The position numbers and the translations under genes were made by a program. The notes under the pieces are model-generated. The model had not been told where the DNA came from. It ran no database searches and saw only the letters and a list, made by a program, of their open reading frames with translations. A stretch of 63,975 nucleotides of DNA, the filler included, from Lenisia limosa (Eukaryota; Protista; Breviatea): assembly GCA_001655205.1 (NCBI GenBank). It is 13 parts of 13 records of this genome, joined end to end, with 100 filler letters (N's around TTAATTAATTAA, not from the genome) between each part and the next. Parts side by side here need not be neighbours in the genome. Positions count along the whole stretch, not along the records: positions 13,036 to 19,491 come from LPNZ01009522.1; positions 19,592 to 22,517 come from LPNZ01001565.1; positions 22,618 to 30,178 come from LPNZ01011027.1; 10 more parts are not named here. One strand, 5' to 3'. How positions within the stretch are numbered: the stretch's first letter is position 1; the number at the start of each line of letters is the position of its first letter. Below are positions 13,294 through 25,600 of this stretch, in pieces.

Positions 13294-15028
13294 CGACCAA
13301 AAAGTGGACTCATGTTGTGTTTTCTGGAGATGCTTCGGGGACACAGAAGGTTTATGTCGACGGTGTTTATATCGACACCATTAGCACAACATTCACTCCG
13401 ACTAATGTCTTGGTGGTGGGTGGGTGGAGGTTGGCTCCTTTCAAAAAAAAAAAGGGGGGGGGGGAAGCAGGTTATGAAACAGCTTACCCATGATGGGTTA
13501 ACATTAATCTGCTTTCCATATTCAGTTTTTCATTCAAAGGATTTTCAAAAAGGTTTCCTTTTTATTTTAAAATCAATAGATGACATAATGACTGTTATGT
13601 TATATTAGGCCTTCTCTACGAATGGAAGTCTGAGATTATGATTGATTGAAAGAAGCCTATAGTATCTATCACATTGGAGTAAAATCTGGGATCATAAACG
13701 TGTAAACTAACATTTTTCATGATATGATACCTCAAATCCACTTGTGTAGTAATTCACCACCAAGTCTCAATGATACTCTGATACACTCGGGATGAACCCT
13801 CGTGTTATCTTCCTTCATTTCGACTCGAAAGTCTTTCATATGATCATATCACAATTGGATGTGGCCACGCCCTCACACCCCTGTAGACGGCTTCACTTGG
13901 TACCCACTATGAGGCTTCGGGACTCTATGCCTCAGCTTATATGGACACACGTTCAGTTCATTCCTATGTGGGGAGTAAGGTTTTTCATATGTGAAACGTT
14001 AAAGAACGGGTATATATATGTACATACATTGAAAAAAAACAGAGGGAATCAGAGAATAACAAACGTACAAGCGTGATGGTGTGGACGGCTTCGGCCAAAA
14101 CAACCGGTTTCATTACCGTTTCTTAATATCATAGTGGGGTAAAGATTCCTATATGGGAGGGGGGGGTGAGCAAGCTGAACATTTCTAGGCGTTTTTCCTG
14201 GGATAGTACAAGGGCTTCACTTCGGTTCGAACAAAGACAGATATTATCGATAAATCCTAGTATTTTGTCGGTCTTTTCATTGTGTTTCTCATTTTGATGT
14301 TTATCACCCTGTTGGTAAACAACTCGGACGCAGCAAAATGAGAAAAATATGCCAGAGATATGAGGTTCATCGTCATATATAAATATTAGTAGCAAAAGCG
14401 TATAATGTCATGTAATATTTATATACATGAAGATGAACCTTATACCCTGTGGATTATAATAACATACTCTAACATCCTATTGAGTAATGACTCAGACGCG
14501 GGTGTACTCCAGACAACTGTCAGATGCCGAAATAGATGTTCTTGCCAGCCACACCAAGGAGAGTGATGAGGTATGTGCTGTAACCTAAAGATTATAACAA
14601 GGTAACCAATATTCTAGCTCTTCTCTGACAAGTTAATACTTGTCTTATAACTCTGAAAATTGCTACGTAACAACTAGGGCTTCACTTCGGTCTGAAAAAA
14701 CCCGGGGAAATGTCGATAGTATTCGACGATTTATCAAGAAATTCAGGCTTCTTTCGCCAAAGTGAAGCCCTAGACTCCAGTACTCTTGCGCCCATCTATT
14801 GCTGTATAAATATGTTATATACTATATCATATACTATATGATTATGATTATATAATATATATATTTTGTATATAATTTTGTATAACTATACATATGTATA
14901 GTATATATAATACATGTATTTTGTAAAACATATTGTTGTATATACTGCTGCATATACTTGCTTCACTGACTATTTAGCTTCGGACGAGCCTCTCTGGAGA
15001 CAAGGTGTTCGACTTCACCCCACGCGAG
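13294..15028 (+). CDS. Concanavalin A-like/LamG (laminin G3) domain protein, partial
   Basis: Exons KKWTHVVFSGDASGTQKVYVDG and TRVYSRQLSDAEIDVLA match the W.HV....LYVDG and .RIYNRALS..EI pattern of LamG-like jellyrolls. Confidence 0.65.
14210..14278. mobile_element. MITE family A, partial copy
   Basis: AGGGCTTCACTTCGGTTCGAAC plus internal TCGATAAATCCT; right TIR decayed. Confidence 0.65.
14675..14772. mobile_element. MITE family A, full copy, intronic
   Basis: TAGGGCTTCACTTCGG ... CAAAGTGAAGCCCTA. Confidence 0.85.
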
Positions 15029-15319
15029 GTATGATGGTCGCTTTCTGGGGGAGGGTTGGTTGTCTTTTTGGTCTCATCTGAAAAGGGGTGGGGGGGAAAT
15101 AAAGGGGATAAAAGTGGTATTTTTGTGAACAAAAAATAAAAGGTTAATTTTTGCAACTACGCGTTTTTTTTTTTTGAAAGAGCCACCACCCCATTTTTAG
15201 ACAAGCTGTCTTTAAAAAATTCGGTTTGAACCCGTGTCTTTTATGAATGGTCTAGTGTCTGGAATTCTATGCCTATTTGTGTGCCTTATTGCCATTCTCT
15301 CAACTTTCTGTTCTCTCGA

Positions 15320-15421
15320 TGGGGTTTCACTTCGGTTCGAAAAAAAAGACTGAAAATCTCGATAAATCCTCGAAAACTATCGATATTCATCCGGTCTTTT
15401 TTGAACCAAAGCGAAGTCCAA
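15320..15421. mobile_element. MITE family A copy
   Basis: TGGGGTTTCACTTCGGTTCGAAAA ... TTGAACCAAAGCGAAGTCCAA, with the internal TCGATAAATCCTCGAAAACTATCGAT core. Confidence 0.8.
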
Positions 15422-15459
15422 CAAAATTGTTTGGGGATATTGTATGAGTCAATGTAAAC

Positions 15460-15595
15460 TAGGGCTCCGTGCAATTAATTGAAAAAATAATTGCAAAATT
15501 TGAAGTGGGACGTAGCGTTACGAGAACCCCTTTTCAGACACTTTAAATTCTAATTTTGGCAATTAATTTCAAAAAAAATTATGCACGGAGCCCCA
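15460..15595. mobile_element. MITE family B copy
   Basis: TAGGGCTCCGTGCAATTAATT ... AATTATGCACGGAGCCCCA. Confidence 0.8.
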
Positions 15596-15621
15596 CTTTT
15601 TTTCATTTTTCTCCTAGTTTT

Positions 15622-17395
15622 TCAGGTGAAAATACGGTAATATTCTGGGGAAAGTTGTTTCTCACGTGCCTAGGTGGTTAGCAGCAAATACTCATGCACC
15701 GTTACATTGCCACAATGTGTTTAGTTCGACCAATGCTCTTGTATAATAACGTTCTCTATTAAATTCCAGTGGAAATGGTTCGGGGGGGNNNNNNNNNNNN
15801 NNNNNNNNNNNNNNNNNNNNNNNNNNNNNNNNNNNNNNNNNNNNNNNNNNNNNNNNNNNNNNNNNNNNNNNNNNNNNNTCGAGAATATCTATCTATGACG
15901 TATGTGCTAGGGAGGCAAAAAGCTGTTTGAACAGAGTCATGCTATAATCCAATATTTCTTTTAGCGTGATGTTGTGGACGGCTTGGTCAGTCAGGTACAA
16001 CATGTTTTACCTCATCTCTATATATGATACTTGTATAATCTGGGGGGGGNNNNNNNNNNNNNNNNNNNNNNNNNNNNNNNNNNNNNNNNNNNNNNNNNNN
16101 NNNNNNNNNNNNNNNNNNNNNNNNNNNNNNNNNNNNNNNNNNNNNNNNNNNNNNNNNNNNNNNNNNNNNNNNNNNNNNNNNNNNNNNNNNNNNNNNNNNN
16201 NNNNNNNNNNNNNNNNNNNNNNNNNNNNNNNNNNNNNNNNNNNNNNNNNNNNNNNNNNNNNNNNNNNNNNNNNNNNNNNNNNNNNCGTGTTTCCATTCTC
16301 AATTCCCAAAAAGGAATCCAATACTGGTGTTGAACATTATGTTAGAACTAATTTTTGAAATTTGGTATCCCTCCTCCCTGCTGAAGCAACTGACCCCCAC
16401 CATCAAGAAAAGACACATAACAATACAAAACTAAAAAAAAAAAAAAAAAAAAAAAAANNNNNNNNNNNNNNNNNNNNNNNNNNNNNNNNNNNNNNNNNNN
16501 NNNNNNNNNNNNNNNNNNNNNNNNNNNNNNNNNNNNNNNNNNNNNNNNNNNNNNNNNNNTCATCATCAGGTTCAGGCATTACAAGATTGAAGACCTGAAA
16601 TAATCAAACTCACCATGAAGCAATAATATGCAGTCGTAGGCAAACCTTGGTTTTGACTATGATATTCATGGACTTGTCCTCACTGATTTTCCAGGTGATT
16701 TTGACATGGTAAATCTGCCCATTGAACTGGAACACAAATCTGGTAGAGTAAGTGACTATGAAAGGATATAGCATCATCAGTTATGTAATGGGCTTACCTT
16801 CCATGGTGTTTATTAATTCCACGGAAAGAAGTTTCTTTCTAAAAGTTTGTGAAATTGATCGGAGGGTAGAAAAGGGGAAATAGTGAAGATAGAAAAAAAA
16901 ACATACGCCAATAGAGAGCAGGGGTTATTCCACCAAAAACAATAGGGAGAAACTTCTCGGAAACTTTGCCAAAAATAAAAGGTGGTGTGGTGGAGTTAGA
17001 GGAAGCTTACGTGCGTTGGGAAGACAGAGGCGACAGCGCCTTTGAGAGCCTTGTGATGATCTTTTTTCAAAACTAAGATTGTTAGCAAACTTGAAAAAAG
17101 TTGTGTAAGATTCCCAAAAATCTCTTTTCGTACCAAGTTTAAGAGCCGCTGCAACGTTTTCTTTTTTTTTAAACAACTGAGATTTCCTAATCGCAGGGTT
17201 TGCGTTGCAGATAAGTGACCCAGATAGGGCGAAGATTACAACCGCTTTTGACCACGCCTTGCAGGTACGGTACTGAACGTTAGTGTAATTAAACCAACAA
17301 GACTTCAGGACAGACAGTATTCTATTATTTGAATGACTTACCCTGTCATAATCCCGACGCTCTCCACAATTGTTTCTTTGGTCATTAGCCTCCAC
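15622..17395 (-). CDS. Multi-exon gene of unknown function (boundaries uncertain)
   Basis: In-phase exons IITRLSKALSPLSSQRT-FVFQFNGQIYHVKITWKISEDKSMNIIVKTK-VFNLVMPEPDD. Probable last exon AREKQLSPEYYRIFT*. Confidence 0.4.
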
Positions 17396-17921
17396 GCCCT
17401 ATATAATAGGTGAAACAATAAAACTAACAATAAACTTATTCAAGGAATAAACAAATCCCAAAACCTCAAAAGTGACAGTAGAGACGTGGTCAGGAATGTA
17501 GAGAGTCACAACATCTCTCTAAAATTGACCAAAGGTTAAAAGTCAATGTGAAAGTATGAAAAAAGTTGTTGTGGTAAATAGTCTCAAAGTAACTGTTGTC
17601 TCCCTTCTCACCTCGTCTTTAAGTTGAGCAATGGTTTTTTCAGCATTTTGGGTTATATAGCTAAGAATTTGGTGGTATTTATTGCGGGAGTTCTTGGAGT
17701 TATAAATGTTCATGAATTTTTTTTGAATGAGCAAGCAACAACATTCTTTTAAACTTCATTTTCGTCATTCTCCTTGATTTTGATTCGTTGATGCATTCGT
17801 TGAATTACAATTTGCACAGACCCGCCGCCGCAGGTGGCAAAATTCCTTGTCTTCTTTGTGTAGACTTTTTCAAAATTCTTCTGAGAAATGTGGCTTGAAT
17901 TTGCAATATATGTGATATGTA

Positions 17922-19085
17922 TCAAGGGGGTTCCATTCCTGAAAAACATACCCACCACTCAAAATTGGTGGTGTACGGTGTACAGAGACTTTTTTATGGC
18001 GGTGTACGGTGTACGGTCTATACAATATGGTCGTACCCCCAGGGTTTTTAAAAAATATAATGCTCCCTCTATTCCCGTACGCACCGGCGGGCTACTTCCT
18101 TTGCCTTAAGACTCTATCTGCAAAATGACGAACTGGGAAATAGAATATGGCGACTTTTTTTCAAAACCAATGCAGGAGCAACTCTTGCTAACTCAAGATG
18201 AGTATGAGAAATCATTGCTGTCACAGCAAATTTTTGAAGCCAAGCAAGACAAAGTTTGCGAGTTAGCACTTGTTTGTTGTTTGTTTGTGGACTTGGTGAG
18301 CAGAGTGTGAAGATATGATGTTGATTATGGTGTGGTGTGTTCTCTTATATATTGAGGCATTAATCACGATTCAACATTCATTTCCTAATATTTTCCATTT
18401 ATGTTGTCTCAGGCGAAGGCATTGCTTGTGTTTTTTGAAGAACAATAGATCATAATTATGGCTGAGATAGATTCAAAATCCATAAGTTTGCTACGAATTT
18501 GCAGAATTAATACTCTATTGTAGTCAATATCCTTTATTAACATGAAAGTGTGGACGGTTTCGGCCTTATACAAAACTCCTCTTTCTTTTGTGCTACATTT
18601 CTACATAGTATCAGCCGACATATGCACATTGCTGGTGCCCTTTTATTGCCGACCATTTAGAAACGTGGACTGGTGTGTCAGATGCTCAAGAGCTAACGGT
18701 TGATCTGCTTAAAAAAGGCAGAATGAAATGGGCTGAGCTCCTAAGTGTTTCTGAAGACAATCTGAAGATAGTGGAAGAAGATGATGAATAATCAAACCAT
18801 GTTTTCAGTTGTTGTTGTGTCAATGTATCATCATCTTTGTCATTGTCTCAGTACCAGAGTGTGTGGTGGTGTGAGGGTGGTGGATGAGAAGAAGAACGAG
18901 AAAGAATTGCAGAAGAATAAAAAAAACACAAATATGAAGAAGTTGGAAAAACGAAAAAACGAAATATGGGGTTTGGTAGCGGGATATCAACCCCATGTTT
19001 TTTTTTGTTTTTTGTTTATGAAAAATGGTGATGGTGGTGAACGGTGTACATTGGTGTATGTTTTTCAGGAGTAGAACCCCCTTGA
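17922..19085. mobile_element. TIR-bounded non-autonomous element with GGTGTAC subterminal repeats
   Basis: Left TCAAGGGGGTTCCATTCCTGAAAAACATAC versus right GTATGTTTTTCAGGAGTAGAACCCCCTTGA (2 mismatches in 30). Flanks TATGTA / CATGTA. Confidence 0.7.
18125..18791 (+). CDS. Small spliced acidic protein (~105-110 aa) inside the TIR element
   Basis: Exon 18125-18253 MTNWEIEYGDFFSKPMQEQLLLTQDEYEKSLLSQQIFEAKQDK (phase 0 donor). Exon 18609-18791 YQPTYAHCWCPFIADHLETWTGVSDAQELTVDLLKKGRMKWAELLSVSEDNLKIVEEDDE*. A short middle exon near 18412 is possible. Confidence 0.5.
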
Positions 19086-19431
19086 CATGTATTGATAATC
19101 CAACGATAATCCAATTAACAATTGTTCACATAAATTGATTTACGTCTGACAGTTGTTATCATGATGGTTCAGTCAAATTAAGCCCATTTCTGGACAAAAT
19201 CCGGACTGGGTGTCGGAAATAGTCCAGACTGTGTGACGTTCTCATGGGAACTTGAGTATATGCCGCTATGCCCCCCATGGGGTGTTATAATAAATGGTTT
19301 CCGATACTTTTTGATATGTGACGGTGGTGTACGGTCTACACTCTCGCTACATTCTATTATGAGTGGCGGTGTACGGTGAACAGGCCGATTTTAGTGGCGG
19401 TGTACGGCGGTGTACGTTTTCCAGGAGCGGA

Positions 19432-19490
19432 ACCGTGTTAAATAGTGACCGAAAATGTCATTCCATATTTCGGTCACTATTTAACACGGT
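19432..19490. repeat. Perfect inverted repeat / foldback mini-element
   Basis: ACCGTGTTAAATAGTGACCGAAA ... TTTCGGTCACTATTTAACACGGT: 23-bp perfect arms with a 13-nt loop. Confidence 0.9.
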
Positions 19491-20075
19491 ANNNNNNNNN
19501 NNNNNNNNNNNNNNNNNNNNNNNNNNNNNNNNNNNTTAATTAATTAANNNNNNNNNNNNNNNNNNNNNNNNNNNNNNNNNNNNNNNNNNNNCTGATCCGC
19601 ATTTTGTCCACTGATCCGCATTTTGACCCATCACATATATATAGCTATATAATATACTTATTTCACGCACTATATACATATAGGTTGGTGTTCGAAACCG
19701 TGGACATGTATATATCGATACTGCTTGATGTAGCTTTGGGATATAGCTGCTGTTGCCGCCATCTACGTTCATGGCCTAAAAACTAACATCCATTCTTCTT
19801 GTTCTGGTCTAAGTATAAGTGATTCTCTTTTACTATCTACTTACCTTACAGACCCCTCAAGATCTCCGCCATCAACAGGCTATGACCATGGTCCGTAAGT
19901 CTCTCTTCATGTCGAGGAAGAGGAAGAGGGGTGTTCGGGACCCTGAGGAGAGCGACACTGAGTGATGTTGAGGATTAGTCTGTTTCTGTTGTTCATTTGT
20001 GTCAGGTTATCATTATCATAATAATAGAATATACCTATCACTCTCCCAACTACCAGAATTTTTCATCCAATAATC

Positions 20076-20530
20076 AATTATGATAGACCATCAGGTTACA
20101 GAACTGCATACAGTCTCCGGCTGTGATGTACTCCGGGAGAGTCATGCGTTGGTCAACCACACCAAGAATCACAGCCGCCTCTGTAGGTGAAGTACCCTCT
20201 CAGTCCATTTTAGTGCTCTTGAGGTGAGATATTACTGATCAGACAATATTAGAGAAGCTGGGTCCATTTCTCCTTCTCTGATTTCATTTGCCTCTTTTTT
20301 GAGCTGTACCCTTGACCATGTTAATAAACACGCTGCTTTATCTTTGATATCGTGTTACTCCACCCATTATGCATTTATCGAATTGAGCACGTCATAGAGC
20401 ACTTAAACCAGAGTTATGTTCCCATTTACGCATTCCTCTGACATGCTGCCCAAATTCCTCTTCGAGAACCGCTGCGTCAACAGCCTCAACCGTCTCAGCG
20501 CTGTGGAGGTGGTGTGCCTCCAGATGCAGA
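20076..20530 (-). CDS. Small spliced gene of unknown function
   Basis: Exon-like segments AETVEAVDAAVLEEEFGQH and EAAVILGVVDQRMTLPEYITAGDCMQFCNLMVYHN*. The junctions are not fully resolved. Confidence 0.3.
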
Positions 20531-21149
20531 GACAAGGTCAACAAAGACAAAAAAAACGCTCATTGAGCGGCCTAAAATCTCTCATATTTAACAATTTTCA
20601 TCATCTCAACAAAAGGAAAGGGAAATCAAAATAAAAAATCCATTTTGGAGTTGGCAAAAAGGGAGCTGCATCCCCAGAAAATATGAATGCATTCTTCCCT
20701 TGCAACCTATTACTGAACCTTGTCATTGTTATTATTTTGTATTTGTCATATCGTATATAAGAGTGTAATATATTTTACGTGGCTTTTTTGTACCACCTTA
20801 AGGATGATCAGTGAGACCAATGTGTTTAGTTAAGCAATCTCTTTGAACATCCTTAATACAATCTGCAATAAAGATGCTAAAAAATGAATCCAAACCTGCA
20901 ACATTTCAGCACGAATTCGCCACCCTGCATCTGTTGATAAAGAAACCGGGGGGCTAAAGAGTGAAAAATATCAATCACACAATTAACGTGGAAGAGTGTA
21001 GTGGGAATCAATGAACATGAATTAAAACCGCGAACAAGCAAAAACGAATCCAATCGTTTACGAACTGCCACCCTATTTCCCTGCCCATTTCATTTTTAGA
21101 CCTATTGTATGTATGGGCCAATGTTTGTGTTGTTTTGAAAAACTGTTTA

Positions 21150-22115
21150 GACAGAAACATAGAGAAATGAATCTCCTAATGTTCCACTTATTATTTTCAA
21201 TTGTGAGCATATGTCAAAAATCCGTGAAATTGGTCTCCCGGGCCCCTTTAGCCTTTTCACGGGATTATTTCTAAAACTAACCATTCTTCTTTGAGGTTAA
21301 GAAGCACACCTTGGAGTAATTGGTTACGGATTCCCCTTTGCTTTGGCTATGCATAATTTTAAGAGAGAAAATTCTCAAAATAGCTCTTTCTAAGAATGCA
21401 AACTTGCTATTTATTCCTTGAATGTGGCCTTTTATAACATACTTGGTTCCATGTTAGGGCATAAAACTCCCATTATTGTGTGGTCTTTGTGGGTAAAAAC
21501 GTCAATTAATAAGGAGATCAGTCTTCAATACGCATCTTGAAGGCCAATTCCCTGGTCCAGTACGAAATGAACGCCTTCAACAATAAAGGTGATAAACTAC
21601 TTATACTTAACCTGTAGATTTTGCATATTTATTATGAAATATTGTTTATGTTGTGAGGTAATATTTAGAGAAAAGAAACCTGGTAAATTTAAGTTCTCAC
21701 GAGAGTTGTCGTGAAAAATCATCAAATCACGGTAAAAATTAGCCTTCTATTTCAACATCTAGTCAATTACCTCGGATCACCTTTTACGAAATTACTTTAT
21801 CACCATAGGGTTCTCAAAGCTCCGGACATCATTCAAAATTCACGGACACATCAAAACTCCTGAGAGCTTGAAGATGACGTCTTGTATAGGCAAATGTTAG
21901 TGTTTTTTTGTTTTTGTTTTTGACTGCTAAGCCATATGTATCGAGAAATGGTCCTCCTAATGTTCCCCAACTTATTTTCAATTTTGAGCAAACACAAATT
22001 TGCACCTCTCGGAGTAATCGGTTACGGATTCCCCTTTGCTTTGGCTCTGTGATGGTGGATTTTGCGAGAAAAATGCTCAAAATAGTGTCATTTATTCCTG
22101 GAATGTGGCCTTTGA
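21150..22115. repeat. Diverged direct repeat pair (~21150-21430 and ~21930-22115), probable decayed mobile-element fragments
   Basis: Shared blocks GAGAAATG..CTCCTAATGTTCC, GGAGTAAT.GGTTACGGATTCCCCTTTGCTTTGGCT and ATTTATTCCT.GAATGTGGCCTTT. Confidence 0.7.
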
Positions 22116-22617
22116 GAGTTTAGGTACTTAATTTGATTTTGACCCGACACAATATGAAGTAGGCATTTCATCCTTGAAAGCAGGTTGGTAAACCCAGATT
22201 TTCGGCTCGGATTTCTAGCCAGTCTGTGTATTTCAATTTTCAAAATAAATTCATCAAAATCGTCATAAATCAGTCCACACCCTGCTCATTTAAAAACAAC
22301 TTGTCTAAATACAGATGCAGAAACCAAGGAGAAGAAGTAAAAGGAAGAGTAGAGCAATATTGTGATCTCTCTGCGTAAACAACCATTTTATACATTTAAG
22401 CTTGAGAACGTCTTTAAATGCTCCCAATATAAACATAAACTGTGGCTCAACAGCAACTTGACCTCACCAACGGTGGTGATAAAAACTTAAAACCATACAT
22501 CCAGAGATTTCGTTGATNNNNNNNNNNNNNNNNNNNNNNNNNNNNNNNNNNNNNNNNNNNNTTAATTAATTAANNNNNNNNNNNNNNNNNNNNNNNNNNN
22601 NNNNNNNNNNNNNNNNN

Positions 22618-25600
22618 CCATCCATCCATCCAACCTGATACGTCATCATCGGCTCAAGGCCTCCGCAGATACATTCACAGATGTCCGTTTCCGCAACTAC
22701 ACCCCAGGATTCCTTTTTGATTTCAACCAGATATCTGAAAAGGTCAGAGACAGCCTTGGAAAAAAACCTCACAAGATGTTGAAAGCAATGTAATTAAGAA
22801 ATCCCACCTCCCCCTTAATTCTGATAAAGGCTTGCCGGACCGTTTAACTAACAATAGCCAACTCTCAAGGGTNNNNNNNNNNNNNNNNNNNNNNNNNNNN
22901 NNNNNNNNNNNNNNNNNNNNNNNNNNNNNNNNNNNNNNNNNNNNNNNNNNNNNNNNNNNNNNNNNNNNNNNNNNNNNNNNNNNNNNNNNNNNNNNNNNNN
23001 NNNNNNNNNNNNNNNNNNNNNNNNNNNNNNNNNNNNNNNNNNGCGGTGAGGTGCACGATTAAAAGCATTGAAGGAGAAAGTGAAATCATATCGCACTACC
23101 CCCACCCCCCACCTTGAGAGACGTTGGATCCGGGGATGTGACAGCAGGTCTCATGGGGGCAGAAGGGGGGCCTAGGGTGCACACCTAAATTGAGTGAATT
23201 GCAATAGTAGGCTGTGTGATAGTGTTTAGTGAGTATATGGCATTGATGGTCAAGAGTGATTTGATGGTATGGCATAGTACAGTGAAAACAAACCTTGACA
23301 GGACGAGTGGTTGGGGACACCGCTCCGTTCTCACCGATGGTCGAAACCCTGAGCTACATGGGGTGACACCATATGCATATGATATACTATGTAGTACATG
23401 TACATAATGCTATTACAATGAGTATTAAATGGTGTGGCTATAAGCAATGAAAGCTGTAGAATCTGCGAAACTAAAGAGACACAAAGCAAGACAATTTTAA
23501 TCTGAGGTTAATAGAGAGGGATGGGTATTGCAGCATATTCCTTAATTCCACCTGAACCATACCCTACCTGTACAGCCTGGCCGGACTGGAACCCATCAAT
23601 CAAGGCTGTTACCTCCACCTGGCTGGACGTTTGGTCTAATTCCACTGGCTCAATCAGCTCCCACGCCCGGCCTGAGGATATCAAAGAAATAAACAGCAAG
23701 TGATCAAGGAACAGAATAAACTTGATTACAAACATATCCCCTCGGACCTTTCAGAGACCTGTCGGCTTCGACTTTGAAGGACAAATTATACTGCGACAAG
23801 AGACCCTGGAAAGTGAGTAATAACCATTTGTCTGGATTTCTTGCATGTCAATGGTGGATAAGGCTATGTTGAAAAAAGGATCAACTTTGTAGTAATAATA
23901 GTCACCCCCCCCCCTCTTTGATCCTNNNNNNNNNNNNNNNNNNNNNNNNNNNNNNNNNNNNNNNNNNNNNNNNNNNNNNNNNNNNNNNNNNNNNNNNNNN
24001 NNNNNNNNNNNNNNNNNNNNNNNNNNNNNNNNNNNNNNNNNNTGATAGTGCTACATGTGACTTTGATGATCGACAGGTGATCAGGCTTTGGCGGAGCGGC
24101 TGAAGGGTCAAAAACAAGGCAAAGGGAGACAGGACACTCAGTATTTGATTAAACGTTATCTCCAAGAAAATAGCCCACTTTTTTTAATAACAGGAACTGG
24201 GGGTGCGCGGGTCGGAATTGCTGCAACACTACTTTCAGCCTATTTGTTTACTACCAAAGATGGAGGAATCAGAGTGATACGAACAAAACAGATAAATTGT
24301 CCTATAACAACGGTACACCCCCACCTGTTTCAAACTGACGTAACAGTCATCATCAATCTGACCCGAGATTCCGAGCCATCTGAAGCCCTCATCATCCAAA
24401 CCCTCGGGTACTGCGGGGGACCCAACCTTGTATGTTCCTGGGGGGGGGGGGGNNNNNNNNNNNNNNNNNNNNNNNNNNNNNNNNNNNNNNNNNNNNNNNN
24501 NNNNNNNNNNNCCTTTAAATGTCAGAATAAAAGAATATGATATCCCCCCCCTCCCTACCCAAAGCCACGGAAGGGGACGAAGCCCAGAAGCCGCCAAATT
24601 GGTTTGCAGACAGGTAGTTGTTGGAGCCGCTCACCACCTGGAGCATGAGACCTTGATCTCACCCGGGGGATATCTGATTATCTTTACTTTCAATTTAATA
24701 TTAATCTAGCAACCCGGCTACCTTGACGGAAGTACCCGGGAGCAATACACCCGCAGTGCCCGCCCTCGTGTAGGCGGGGACATCGCATGATAACACGGGT
24801 ACAAGCTCAGTTGACAAACACGATATAACTCCTCCCTTGGTGATGAAAACGGAACATGTGAAAATATATGTATTACACAAACAAAACAGCAAGGTGCATG
24901 AGGAAAGAATAATCATCTGTCTCCTGCCTGATGTTGAGGCTAATAATCAAAATAAAAAATAAAAACAACTCCCAAACAATTCTGCAATTTTGTTTTTCAA
25001 AAAGTTGCCATTCACCCACCTCATTGGGGTTGAAGATGGTATTGAGGTTGTCAATGACATCTTGGTCCAAGGGAGTCGGGCCTCTGGAGGGGGTGAGATG
25101 AAAATGCAAACAATCAAAACCAGCTCTACTGAATACACATTCCAGAGGGGAGCAGTAAGCATGGGGCTTTTTTGATAACTAAGCCTCAACCTGAGAGGCC
25201 TGGGCTTCTCATTCGAGTTGCAATGGTGTAATTATCAAATTGATTTGTAAGAATCTTGAATAAAGAAGCCCTGTCTTACATTATGACCTCAACGCCAATA
25301 GTCTAGCCAATACCCCCACAAACACTTTCAGAGTACCGACCAAGCTCATTTGTGCGGATGCCTCAAAACATTCCGGAGTCTGTGCATAAGACGAGCTTCG
25401 ATAATGGATTGCAATATCCTATCGATATTGTTTTATTATTCTAACTATGGTTGCTGCGATACACTTTTTATATCTCAAATATATAGAGAGACGAGAAATA
25501 AAACAAGGTTGTATCTGGCCGAAGCCAATACATAGACACTATCAAATTATAATAAATTAGATACCCTATGTTACACGGTGACATTCCATCCAGAAACACA

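Noticed and set aside
17010-17062. DHHKALKGAVASVFP as a MULE/IS256 transposase motif
   Set aside because: That frame does not continue into the CxxH motif and stops soon after splicing. A different frame of the same exon splices in phase into a long open exon.
21308-21345. TGGAGTAATTGGTTA as a tRNA D-arm or tRNA-derived SINE head
   Set aside because: No T-arm/B-box (GTTCGA) and no cloverleaf follow. No tRNA or rRNA gene was supportable anywhere in the window.
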